DNA of 49,961 nucleotides, filler included, from Porpidia crustulata (lineage: Eukaryota), in the NCBI GenBank assembly GCA_964255105.1. It is 2 parts of 2 records of this genome, joined end to end, with 100 filler letters (N's around TTAATTAATTAA, not from the genome) between each part and the next. Parts side by side here need not be neighbours in the genome. Positions count along the whole stretch, not along the records: positions 1 to 24,968 come from CAXUWE010000053.1; 1 more part is not named here. One strand, 5' to 3'. How positions within the stretch are numbered: position 1 is the stretch's first letter; each line of letters opens with the position of its first letter. Under the pieces are notes generated by a model, which made no database searches, was not told where the DNA came from, and saw only the letters and a list, made by a program, of their open reading frames with translations. Made by a program: the position numbers and the translations under genes. Positions 12,868 to 25,068 of the stretch are shown in pieces.

Positions 12868-13382
12868 ATCATTACAATAATCACCGCAGCTTGATGCAGG
12901 TTGGTAATCTTCAATATTAGACCATTGCATGTGTTCCACTGTGGTACAAGAGTGCTCTTTAATGCTACCTATTCAATAATCCACTATAGATTGCGTTCAA
13001 CAGACCTGTGAGCGTGTACAAATGGCTATCCGGTCTGTTCTATTTCAAGAGCTGGCCGTTGCTTGCACTGTGTAATCGTCCAAGTATTATTCTCCATACT
13101 CAGAAGCGAAGTCGTATCTTTGACTATGTCGCACGAGTCATTCTGCTGCTACTTCTGAAAAGCTTGTGTGCGCGAAATCATCTCTTCCGCCGTCATGACT
13201 GACGGAGAAGACGAGTCAGTCGCCTAAGCAAAAGTTGAGGGTAGTGAGCATACCTGACACGATTTGCAGCCACGGCACGAGTGTTGCTGCCTTCTCACTA
13301 CTATTAGTATCGCACTACATAGATAGCGTATTGGGTCAAGAAGTCGGCTTACCTGAATAGCAATATCCCTGGCTGCCCGCGC

Positions 13383-13601
13383 TCATCGCCCATACATAGG
13401 TTCTCCTCGACGCTTCCACCTCCGTCCCACAATGACGAGGACGATTACCAGGGCTACGGTGACCACAACGGTAACTATAGGCACAGCGATCTTGACATCA
13501 AGACCGGGCGAGCCGTTGCCAGTGCTTCCGCCCCCGCTCCCACCCCCAGAGCCTGGCCCTCTTCGGCTCAGGTATCGCGTGGTCGTCATGGTTGTATTCA
13601 A
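13383..13601 (-). CDS. Small single-pass membrane protein (Gly/Ser linker, hydrophobic helix, basic cytosolic tail)
   Basis: GPGSGGGSGGGSTGNGSPG-LDVKIAVPIVTVVVTVALVIVLVIVG-RRWKRR is a typical TM segment followed by a positive-inside cluster. Confidence 0.5.
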   Translation of the reverse strand: MNTTMTTTRYLSRRGPGSGGGSGGGSTGNGSPGLDVKIAVPIVTVVVTVALVIVLVIVGRRWKRRGEPMYGR

Positions 13602-16363
13602 GTCGATGCCCGAGTAGTTGCAGACCTTGGAAGCTTAGAATAGATAACCAGTGAAGATTTTCGTTCACTGGGAAGAAGCCGAGGATGGGAGAGTCATGGT
13701 CAGGAACAGTATTTTGCGGTTGGAAGATGTTGAATGAAAGGAATTTTCAACTATAATGCTGGAAATGACCTGGATGTATAGTAAATCCTTCAATGCGGCA
13801 AAGCATGTTAGTACTCCTGGGATCTGCCCGGAAAGCCTCGCTTCGCCACGCTCGTTGCTACAGAGATGTGAAACACGGATGTTCCAACTAGTAATAACAA
13901 TAGGCTGAATCAAAGAGTATTACCCAGGGGTAATCAGACTTCAAGTTCAATTTTCAATACTGCGTCAACATTATTCTTGTGAATCTCAGCCAACTCGGTC
14001 ACCAGTCTCTGAACATCGCTTTGTTTAAACTATTCTTGTAACCAAGACTTGGATTTTGCATTAACACAAAAACGTGTCTAGGAACATGGAGCATGTGTTG
14101 TTAGATCTTTAACATTCTCCCGAATAGAAATAAGCAGAAATCATAATAAATCAAGACAACCATTGAACCTGCCGTCACATAGTACAGCTTTGCTCCCTTC
14201 TTGAAAGACACCCGTAACATCCACGAGTGCCAACATGAAATCGACGACGGCGAAGTCCGTCCTGGCCCCAAGTGTAAAGATACAACTCAAGCTCCAGACC
14301 GGTCGACAAAGCATTGGCAATACGGATTTTGTAAGGATATATACCGAGGATCGAAGTCAAGCATGACGGGAATGCCAAGTTGGATGGAAGGAAGTGTCCG
14401 AGATGGAGATACGATGCGCTTGTTATTTCCTTGTTCCCGGGAATTATTTTGCATGATTAAAAACGGGATTAGCAGAGGATATATCTGCTATAACGTAGCT
14501 CAAGGCACAAAGGGTTGGTTTGTGTTGCGACAACTTAGTATATCATCACAGCCAGACTCTACACTTCTATTGAACACCGTCTTTCTCATTAACAGTCTTG
14601 TGGCAATCCATAAAATTCCACAGACAAGAATAACTTCCACAAGAGACTCAACGGCAAGTCTAGCAGGAAAGTCACTAAAGTCATTCTATTCAACGCGATC
14701 AACTCCCCGGCCACAGCCTCTTTTCCATCGTGAAGTATCATGACCCGATCACGGTCTCCCAATTACATTCCCAAGCATGTAATTTCCACCCATGTTCCCG
14801 TTCAAATTTTGTCTGGTGGTGCCAGGCGGTGAGGGGACGCAAGCTTTGGGGTCCTGGGTCGCCGGCGTCTTGGATGGGAGCTTAGATTGTAGTCGGATAC
14901 AATGTCGTATAGCTGCACTAGACATTTCAATCGAGTGCCATGCTTCGTGTTTCTGATTAAGCTGGAAGCAGGAACGAAGCAAAGATACCTCTGTGCATCA
15001 CCGCATAGATGTCCATGAAGCTCACAAAGTGCCTGACATTTGACTCGCGCTTTGCGTAGACCAATGCGAGGAATCACACGCAGACCGGAAGCGAGGGATA
15101 TTCAGGCGATGATTTGGGCGGGGGGGTTGGCATTGTATATACTGTCGATAATAATTAAGTGGCTGCTAGATTATGGATGATTTGATGTCTTTGAGGCTCC
15201 GTTAGATCGAAAATTTTGGCGACAGTCTTTAGGTGAATGAAGGGCTGTCTCGGATGGTCTAGAGCCTAGATACGGTCAAGGTAATGAATATTGACGCTTC
15301 AAAGATAGACAGTGATGCATTTGACAACATCTAGAGATTTGATAGTCCATGGTTTCGAACCGTGGTGTTGAACATGACTTGACGATGAGATTACTCTGGC
15401 TTACCACTAGTGAACGTATTCTATCATACCACGGTCTCGGTGCACTGCTGCTTGACTGTTCGCAGTACTTTGTTCATGCAATATACTGTGGAAGCAGGAT
15501 AACAACTGCTACAGCTAACCCGCCTAGTCCTGTTGTAGATAGACGGCGAACATTACTTAGATAAGGGTCGGGTCTTATAATTAGAAGTGTTCGGAATGTT
15601 TCTTCAGGCAAAAGAATCCCGCTGAGCAATCCATTACTCTGAAAGGTCGTGGCCACATCGAATAGAACCCGTGATTCAAGAATCGCTTTATCCCAGGTAA
15701 GAGAACTTCGGCCAGACCTTTTTGTGATAAGTAGACATTCAGAGAAAATTAGAAGCGCCTGAGCTTTCAGCAAAGGAAGCTGACGGAAATAGAACCGCAG
15801 GAGAGATAGTATGCAAGGCAGCGGCGGTAAGAGCCGTTCCTGCAGCTTCGGCGAATGTCGCTAGCGTCAGATTGTATAGCAGAGGTACCGGCAATAGATG
15901 AGCATAGTGGGCAAAAACTATTGCCATGACGGTCTCAAAGTTCGTCACAAAGAGGAAGTTCAAGCTTTCAAATCTCTGAAAACGTTAAGGATGTCTGTCT
16001 CGTAGGCGCTATGCTTTGTGCTCACCTGCAGTGCACAAAGCTGTAAGACGAGTGAAGTACCACCCGAAAGCCCATATCTGCTCATAACGGTAGTCACGAG
16101 TCGCAGCTTTACTAGGTAAACATCCCTCTGTCTGACAAACGAAGGGTCACTAGGATTGTCGGACACCATCTCGGAATAGATATACACAATACTTATCATG
16201 ACCCGACTGAAGCTTGAACAGTGACCGATGTAGGTATCGTGTAGATCATGTAGGTATGGGGTCGGATAATCCTGGCGACCCTTTGTTTGCCAAACCAAGG
16301 GTTGGCCAAGCTGTTGACTCTACAGCCGTAGTACACTTCAACGATCGACCGAAACTTCTTCAT

Positions 16364-17424
16364 TCAAGTAACCCTTTGATTCCCTCGTCTAATTAGTTTC
16401 AATGGAACTCTTCGCGATTTCGACCTCTTGTTTCTCAACTCCTCCCCATTATCAAGATTACGCTTCGACTGTGGTCTTAGAGCGTTGGTTTCAATTTCCT
16501 GCAGAGGCATCTGTGGCGTGATAATTCTTTTTGGTTCCACTTGAAGTTCCAGTTCAATACCCTTAAATGTTGACAGTAAGGCCAGTAGCTGCCCAGATAC
16601 ATCAAGAAAATTGAACCATGGTGTTCGATGAATCATCATCTTGTCCGCAATGTCGGTCTTTCCATCAATAATTGACGCAATGTATGGTACTGTTGTAGTC
16701 ACATTGAGAACCTGGACCCAATGCGAGTATACTATCAAGAGGCGGAACTACACCGGATTAGCTTAGAGAAGAGCTATTGGTCACAAGAACTCACTTTTAT
16801 GGATCGCTTGTCGAGTAGTGTACGCTGTTTTGAAGCCATAGCAAGCACAGAATAGAGCTCCGCCGTGGTAAGCGAGAAGTCCGGTCGGCATCTCTCTCGT
16901 ATCAGAATAGCGGAGAATGGAATTGCCTTTGTGATATCGTGCGGGGATGTCGAGGTAGTATCCACAGAGCGATGGTACAGAATCAACTCTGTAAAGACAC
17001 CGAAGGAGTACGTATCGTTCTTGATGTGAAAGGTGTGATTTCTAGAGCCTTCGTATCAGTATCATGTATTCTAAAACGATTTGAAATGTGATGTTATTCA
17101 AAATGCTCACCGACGAATGTGTATTTTCTCTGCAGTCTGCCGTGACAGATCTGTAATCCATTCAATCAAGGCTGCCGCGACGTATTCTGAGCAGAACCGA
17201 GCAGTCTCTGCGTCGCGCAACACAAGGTTCATAAAGAACGTTGATAACCGGCCCTTCTCGTTCCCAATAATGTCACTCACAGGATGTATATTATCCCATG
17301 CAATGTCTTCATCGCTTTCAGTGACTTCGACATGTAAATGTTCTAGTTGCAGTTCACTCGGGGTAGAGGCTTTCGAGCGCTTCAGATCGCGAAGAAGACT
17401 GCGAACAGATGACTGCCACGACAT
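16364..17424 (-). CDS. Hypothetical 314-aa protein, 3 exons (17424-17111, 17041-16795, 16747-16364)
   Basis: Two canonical introns (GTGAGC..CTGAT..TAG; GTGAGT..GCTAAT..TAG) join three ORF pieces into a stop-free 945-nt frame. Basic C-terminal cluster RNKRSKSRR. Confidence 0.8.
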
Positions 17425-17560
17425 TCCGAGCCGCGCAAACTGATTAAAGGAATGTGGATGGTAATTAGAATGAGCTGTCAAGAACCATACTTGCATCTAG
17501 ATTGCTAGATGAGATGGACCAACTCTCAACACCGCTAACAGTTTCGGGAGTGAACACATA

Positions 17561-17570
17561 GTCACGTGAT
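17561..17570. promoter_or_regulatory. GTCACGTGAT E-box (Cbf1/SREBP-type bHLH site) in a 251-bp bidirectional promoter
   Basis: Palindromic TCACGTGA near the middle of the spacer between the two divergent ATGs (17424 and 17676). Confidence 0.4.
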
Positions 17571-17675
17571 ACCACTGACTTTAGATAATCTACTAAATAA
17601 GGTGCCAGTACTTCCTCACGTTGATCTTCATCTCTCCTTTCGAGCCTTGTTTATTTGAAATGCACATATCTCATC

Positions 17676-18911
17676 ATGTCTACCCCGAGCACTTTAGATG
17701 AATTCAACTCCATATTTCCATCATACCCAAACGACTCTCTATCCCGTAGAAAAGATCATATACCCTCCGGAAGTTCCTGGGACATTCGCGAGCTAGGCAC
17801 GTTCCAGATTCTTCGTACCCCCCCTACAAAGAAAATTCCCCCGGTATGGCTCCAGTCACACTTTGTGGAAGCAAAAGCTCGCGTGGAAGGAAGCAGACCT
17901 ATGCAGTCAGCCCTCCAGCTACTCCGCCAGCATTGGCGTAATATGAATCATGAGGAGCTTCATCAAGCTGCTGGGCCCTTTGCCTCTTTCGTTACGCTGC
18001 TATCACAGGTACTTGAGACTACCACTATCTCTGACCCTCGTCGCGAGCTGAGAGCACAAGCCCAAAATACTCCAACTGTCCTCCCCAGCACGGGCATCTC
18101 ACCCTCTCCAATGTCATCTTCTCCTCCAGAATTTCCCGATGAAATGGTCCGCAAAGATCGATCTTCGAGTAGCTACTCGCCCTCCGATGAGAGCGACCAG
18201 TCGAATTATGATCAGCGGGCGAAATCCGAAGCAACCACGAACGCCTGCATTTATGAGCTTTTGCGTTGCATTACCGAGGTATCCAGAAAAGAAAACGATT
18301 ATCCTTTCCGCCTGGAATGGACTATCACCCAAGATACCATAAGAGTTCATGCAGGATCGCACGAATATAGTACTACAAACGATGGCAGTTTCGTACATAA
18401 AGCTCATCGTCTGGGTTATTGGCAACGTGCTTCTGACTATTTATATTGCTCCATCGAGGTGTGTTCACTGCCAATCTTTCTTCGAATTCAATGCTAATAC
18501 ATCCCATCGTGCGAAGGCCAAGTCTTGGCACAATACCTTAGAAAAACCTCGCACTGTTCAAGCGCAAGAAGCTGCGCACTTAATTGCTATGTTTTCTCGA
18601 CATACGAATGCTGAACTTCATCTTCAGCACGATTTAGTGTAAGTTCCCTATAGCGATTTCCAGACAATACTGAATGAAACAGTGTACCACTGGTATCTGG
18701 CGCTCAAAGTCTTTTCTCATTAGTGCTTGGCAATTTCCCGAAGGAGTACGAGCAATATCTAAACGATGGCTCTCAATTAGGACAATTGGCATTTCCAAAG
18801 GTCGAGGAATGGGGCATGTTCAAGTTGCAGAACCCTGAAGAGTTGAAAATTGTGTTTACTATCATCGTTGCTCTTAACCTAAAGTTGCAAAGTCTCGGAC
18901 CGATGGATTGA
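17676..18911 (+). CDS. Hypothetical 377-aa protein with a PD-(D/E)XK-like nuclease motif, 3 exons (17676-18458, 18517-18638, 18683-18911)
   Basis: Introns 18459-18516 and 18639-18682 give a stop-free 1134-nt frame. The spliced protein has EATTN...TNDG...CSIE|AK...AQEAAHLIAM. The nuclease assignment is inferred from motif pattern only. Confidence 0.8.
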
Positions 18912-19239
18912 GGATCAAGGGTGTTCGAAACGTTTTTAAGAGACTCCGCCGAGCATGAGCAAACGTAATAGAGATAGAATAACTAGAATAACTTGACAAA
19001 TGATTTATGACCGAAGATATTAATGTTAAAACGAGGAAGAAAGAAATGAGGTCGGTGGTGCTAAATAGCAAAAAAGTTCGGGAAACGCACGTGGGAATGC
19101 ATACCTGCCAGCGCACGAAATGCGGGGCGCATTAACTGAGATAACGTTCTTGATTAATAAACATGACTAAAGTACTATTATTTCTACATCTTGCATCATG
19201 GTTTAAAAACTAATGTATCTATAAAAATTTCAATTTCAT

Positions 19240-19928
19240 CGCCGAAAACGGTTGATAGAACAACAGCGTCCTCGAAACGCACCTTATGCGCTGCGGAAGC
19301 TTGTTAACCTTTGCTTAGGCTTGTGCATACGAATACTCCGAGGAGCTTGATCTACTTACAGACTTGTAACCATGACGTGTGCTGAATCCCCAACAAGAGC
19401 AAGTCTCCCACTCGGATGCGTCCAGGTTTCGATCTCATTGGACTGAAGCAAGGACCACTTAGTACAATCTTGCGCCAAGCTCAATAGGGCCCCAAATCGA
19501 GAGTCCCAGTCCATGGGAACCTCGCACAGCTCCTGTTTTGTAGCTTTTTGGACACCGCACTGTACCTTGTCTTAAGGATCCTGAGGTTCTGTCAGGTCGA
19601 CATTCAGCAAGCCGTCATGCTTCATGACGTAAGAGACCGCATGTGAGCCAGGACCCATCCACAGATTGAGATTCCTTTGATCAACCCAATCGATTAGGTT
19701 GTCGTGATGCCGCACCTCACTTGCTAGTGTGGTAAATCGATAGACAAGATTGTCAGTACTGCCAAGGGGATCCTCTCGACTAAGCAGCTTGTCCCGACAA
19801 ATGGACCGCTCGCCATCGGCACCAAATATGATATCTACTTCATAGAATCCACCTGTCTGTAGTCGAATTGAAGGCTTGACAGTATCGACTCTCATGCTTG
19901 TAATGCTGACATTTAGTACTATCTGAAC
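19240..19928 (-). pseudogene. FAD-dependent monooxygenase (salicylate hydroxylase-like) pseudogene fragment
   Basis: DIIFGADGERS, LWMGPGSHAVSY, LVGDSAH and A*GA..FEDAVVL motifs. Stops at 19572-19574 and 19284-19286, plus a deletion. The N-terminal GxGxxG is absent. Confidence 0.88.
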
Positions 19929-20926
19929 TAGTGTGACCGTTGGTTTGGGTTTTACCCAACAAACCCAACCCATTTCGCATTAATGGGTGGGCTTGGAGGC
20001 CCCATAGGGCCACCCACCCAAGCACTATACAGAGACACAGAGCATTGAACACAAGAAGATCGTCAGCGCAGGAGTAACGCAGAGAGATCTTAGTCAGCTG
20101 AAGATCGCGGGTTTTTATCAGAGTTTTATTACATATCTGCTATGGACACATATATACTAGTATTGGGATCAAGTCTTCTGACTTGATATTTCGCCTTTTA
20201 GGTGGTGCAGTTGGGTATTGCGCCCGGCATGTGGATTGCGCCCGCCCTACCTAGCTTCCTTACCTAGGTAAACTAATACCCCTAGGTGGTCGTAGCACAT
20301 ATCTACACATTCCAAACTAAGAATTGCTATCGCTTTATTCGGTAAAGGAAACAAAATCGCTTGAATGGGAGCATCAGGAAAGCATATCGCTGCATCTATA
20401 ATTCTGTTCCCATGTTGAGGACAGGATTTTGAATATAGCGATATCTGCGTAGTCCGTAGTCACATGCTGAGGTAGAATTGACGCAATGCAGAGGCCGCCC
20501 TCGACTAAGGGCTTACAGGCTTACTTATACAGGGTCCTAGGCGCCCGGCTACGGCATGTCATACCCAAAGCCTTGCCAGTTGGGCCATTAAATGTTTCAA
20601 GAAAATGAGGCATTTTTGTAATCTGCCGTATGCGCATTGGGTGCATTGGATTTTATGACTTTCATCTACTGAACACCGGCCGTTCCACTTTTTCTCCCTA
20701 GCACTCCGTGGCATACATGATGAGGTTTACTGGATCTCGTGAGAGCGGTTTAAGCTGTGTTGAAAATATCAAGATGTCGACTGCCGACAACAACTGAAAT
20801 ATAAAAGACATACCGCAGCGGCGATGTCACTTGCCCGCAGCCTTCACAACCATATAGACGCGAGGATGACACCACAAAATGTTGAGTGAGTGCTGTTACT
20901 ACGCTCCTAGGAAACCAACCCTGATC

Positions 20927-23900
20927 ATGGTTAGTCTGTCGACGTCTGATAATGTCTCCAGAATAGCTGCGGCAGATTTTCGTGCTGGCTTGTCAGAAGA
21001 GCAAAGACACGAATTTCAGCTATTTGATACCCCAGCTGAAATGATCCAAAGTCTTCAAGAGCACGTAAAAAAGCACAGCGAGGGGAAAAGATCGCGGCTT
21101 CTGGCTGGATGTGTTCTTATTGAAGCTGGCTGCCGAAAATTCGAGCCTTACTTTGATATCGTCAACATCCTCGTTCAAAGTCATCCTGAATGGGCTGGCA
21201 TAGCATGGGGCGTTTTATTGGTATCCGGTAGGCACCTGCGCTGCAATGTCAACAAGTCTGTTTCTAATACAATGCACGCAGGAAAACCGGGCTACGGTAA
21301 GACCATTCTTTGCAGTTGTATCATTGAAGATGTACGCCACAGAATTGCCGTAGAGCTCTCATCTGGAGAGGGTTCGAAGACAACCGCAGTTGGTTATTTC
21401 TATTTTACCAATCTTCAAAGCACATCCAACACTGGAATGGCCGCTTTCTGAGCCGCCCTCGCCCAAATAATTCAAGCTTGCCACCTAGATCCGGCCTTCA
21501 TCGACGCTGCTTCCAATTTACATGACAATGGCTTAGGCCAGAATTGCGCTTCTGAGAAAGAGGTTCGAGAAATTCTTCACCGTTTTTTGAGACTTTTGGG
21601 AAATTCGTACCTTATTTTCGACGGCCTTGACGAGCGCCTAGACGCGGACGAGTTCATGCAGTCTGTTCTGGAAACGATGAACGGTTCTAATACGAAAGTG
21701 TTGGTTCTTACCCGGCCCAGTCTACACATCCCGAGCCTTCGTGACGCTCACTGCCCTGTACACTGTTTCAGCCTGGAGAACCAGGGGAGCCAAGCGGACA
21801 TTGAGCTTTACCTCCGGACCCGTATCAGTAAGCTAGTCAAGTATGATGCTTTTTAAGGTAACCTTGATCTCGATGACATAATTGCTCAATTATCTTCTCG
21901 CGCGAATTCTATCTTTTTATGGGCTGTCTTGATGAGCAACTACCTGTCATCACCCTACCTCACCGCAAACGAGCGTCTAGATGCAATTCATCGGCTCAAC
22001 CGCTTCGAGGGTCTGGACACCATGTTTATTAGAATATGAAGAAATACAGAGACGAACACCTGAGACGCAACTGGCAAGGGTGATCCTCATTTTTCAATGG
22101 GTTACAGTAGCTCGGAAGCCATTGACGTTCACAGCTCTAAGGGCAGGCTTGGCTGTCCAAAAGGATCGTCATGCGACTGCGTCCGATTACATTCAGGATT
22201 TTGAGAAAGTTCTGCCGCAAATCTGTGGCTCCTTGGTGGAAGTCCGTGAAGATAAGGCCGTATGTTTTATCCACGTCTCTGTCGCCGAATTCTTGACTCA
22301 CGAGCGCAGCAGCCCACATGCCATGCTTCACCCATTTCATATCACTCTTCCTGCGTCAGAAGCATCTATGGCAGAGCTTGGTCTTCGCTACTTGACAAAT
22401 GATGTACCTGGCCTGCCTCTCACCTCTTCTGGAACAATTGCACCACAATGAACTCTTACGATGGCCCGATTACCTTTGCTCAATTACGTGTGCGAACATT
22501 GGCCCATACACGCTGCAACAGCAATTCTCTCCCTGCCGCAATTCGGCGCCTGTGAAACGCTCTGTACAATCATCTAAAAATTTATCCACGACAAGCGACT
22601 TGTCACATTATGGGTGGAGGCCTTGAGTCTGTTTGAAAGACGGCCAAACTTAAGAATGCTTGTCCTGAATGCCTCTTTATTGTGTGAACGCCCACCCGCG
22701 TCATCGTCAAGAACAATTCCGACAACGTTTGCCAACACCGTAAAGGAATTCGCTCTGCAAATCGAGCATCTATTCGAGAGGTGGTCCACTGCGCTTGCAA
22801 GTCAGCCGAACGAAATTTGGGGCTCCAGTATTCAAGCTTGGTCACAGTGCGAATTTTTGATCAGTAGGGATATTGCTAGTGTCACAGCCCTGAGCGCCGA
22901 TGATGATCTTGATTGGATATTGGTTGATAGTGAGACGTCGTCAGATGGCCGGGAGGTGGGCACTATCAAAGTCTTACCGCCGCCTCAGCTTCGCTCTCCG
23001 GGTCAATATGCGGCTGCACCAACAGAAACCACGTCCCAAAACATCGACGATCTTCTCCATAATGACTGGAAGGCTAAATACACAATCTGATCGTTACAGA
23101 CTCTGAAAGTTGTGGTGGAGAGTGAGTTCTCCATACAGGAAAACCTAGTCAGCCCGGGTGAATTTAGGAGAAGCCTGTCTCGGGGCCTGTTCAGTCTGCC
23201 GATTGCGTTCTCCTCAACATTGAGAACTATAATCGTGGCCGATTTGGTATATAGAGTCAAGGATGACGTTAAAGAAGCGGTTTCGCTTGAAGCACGCTCA
23301 CAGCTATTGCCAGCTTCTGGATGTCAGCACACCTTGAAAAGTCACATGTTGGTTCAATGGAGCAGAGACCTTAAGCAACAGACTACCAAACGGGCACCTG
23401 TCTACAAAACCCCACACGCCAGGCGTACAATCCCGGGGCACGAATGTTGTAAGCAATATTTCCGCTACTTCTCTCATAGCGGCTTGTATTTAGCAGTTTT
23501 GGACGGCGACTCTCTGGGCATAACAAATTTCTGGGTCCTCACGATCTTCGAAGATCTAGCACCAGAACCCCACAAGCCTTCTTTTGACCGGATTTCCAGT
23601 ATCGGTTTATCATTCAGTCCCTATATCCTGAACAGCAGAAGAGACCGTATGGTGTGTTTTCATTCTTCCGAACCAATCATCGCGTTCTGTCCCCAGACAA
23701 AGGTGGTGATATGGCAATTCGCCGACCAAGGTAGGGATCTATAATCCTAAATCCTGTGGGCTCTATCAACTAAGTTCTCAGTAGGGGCCAAGCCTGTTGA
23801 GGTTTACTTAGAGCCTCTGGTAGATCTCGGCTTCAGTGCTTGCGGCCAATACCTCCACGGTAAGAAAGGCAAGAACTTGGTAGTACTCCCAATTACACCA

Positions 23901-24463
23901 TTCATGAAAATACCCGAGAAGCTCGCAGACGTGAACTTCATGCATTGTCAAGCCCCGGACGGACGGTGGGAAGACGAGGCCTTTTCGAACTCGACCGTCC
24001 ACAGACTTATTCCCGCTGACGATTCAAGGACGACAATCAGCGCTCTCCAGCCCGTCGTATCTCGAAGACAAGGTGGCACCCAACTTCATATCCTCCGTCA
24101 AAATCATCAGGCCAACAGTATAGTTCTGGAAGGTCATCACAGTGACGGCACGTCACTTTGTGCCACCCTCGCACATACTCCAGACTCCAGCACTCTACAA
24201 ACCAGCATTCCAACCTTGACGAGCACATCCAACGACCGGACCTTGCGCATTGTGTTCAACAAGAAGGCGCAATCGTCGTACCTCATCGGATCAGTGCCGG
24301 TGTTATCCTACCAGCAGTGTTCGATCGCCGAAAAGATACCATCATGGTTGAGAGAAAAACTTTGGCTTACAGAGATAACGGCGCTGGCAAACGGCCTCTA
24401 CAGCTGGACGAGGAGAATGATACGCTCCGACGTTCGAAACGGGCCGGACTTGACTATCTGTAG
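20927..24463 (+). pseudogene. NACHT-domain (fungal NLR/STAND-like) pseudogene
   Basis: N-terminal FEPYFDIVNILVQSHPEWAGIAWG, Walker A SG|KPGYGKT, Walker B YLIFDGLDE, SIFLWAVL and CGSLVE..FIHVSVAEFL. In-frame stops at 21449, 21854, 22449, 22575 and 23088; frameshifts near 22035 and probably near 24290. Confidence 0.9.
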
Positions 24464-24968
24464 CAACTTGGAGATAGTCTGAAATCGCCAGTCCTGATAG
24501 ATCCAGACCACATTTGATTAATTTAGAGATGTCAAGACTTTATATGTCAATTATCGCGATGTGTAAATTAATATAACCGAATTTTCAAATTTAACAAAAA
24601 AAGAAAGAGAAAAACCGAACGAATTTAAAAAAAAGAAAATTGTTGAACAGGCAGGGTGACTGTCGTAGTATTGCTACTGAATTACGTACAGAACTAGAAG
24701 GTTGAGTGGCCAGGTGGTCACATAAGACAGGGGTAGGGCAAAGCCCTATCACTAGATCCAATCCATCCATTTACACCGACTAGATAATGAGGAGGTTAGG
24801 CCTCGTCCTACCGCACTTTCCAACAGAATCGAATATTATCACAATTAATTCGTGTTCTCGAATAAACGATAAATTCGATGTTGAACAAGCTGTTAGCCCC
24901 AGATGGAAACCCTACCTGGAATAGGGACTACGCGGGCAAAGCGTAATAAGGATACCGCTCACCGTGCT

Positions 24969-25068
24969 NNNNNNNNNNNNNNNNNNNNNNNNNNNNNNNN
25001 NNNNNNNNNNNNTTAATTAATTAANNNNNNNNNNNNNNNNNNNNNNNNNNNNNNNNNNNNNNNNNNNN
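24969..25068. other. Artificial 100-nt contig-join spacer (N44-TTAATTAATTAA-N44)
   Basis: Symmetric N runs flank the six-frame stop linker TTAATTAATTAA at 25013-25024. Confidence 0.92.

Noticed and set aside
14201..16298. Several 70-180 aa ORFs
   Set aside because: Mostly non-ATG starts, no recognisable motifs and no consistent splice model.
2517..24968. Starship-like giant transposon
   Set aside because: The cargo-like content is suggestive, but no tyrosine-recombinase captain or boundary repeats are visible.
25013..25024. TTAATTAATTAA as a piggyBac target or biological repeat
   Set aside because: Centred between equal N runs, so it is most likely a synthetic linker.
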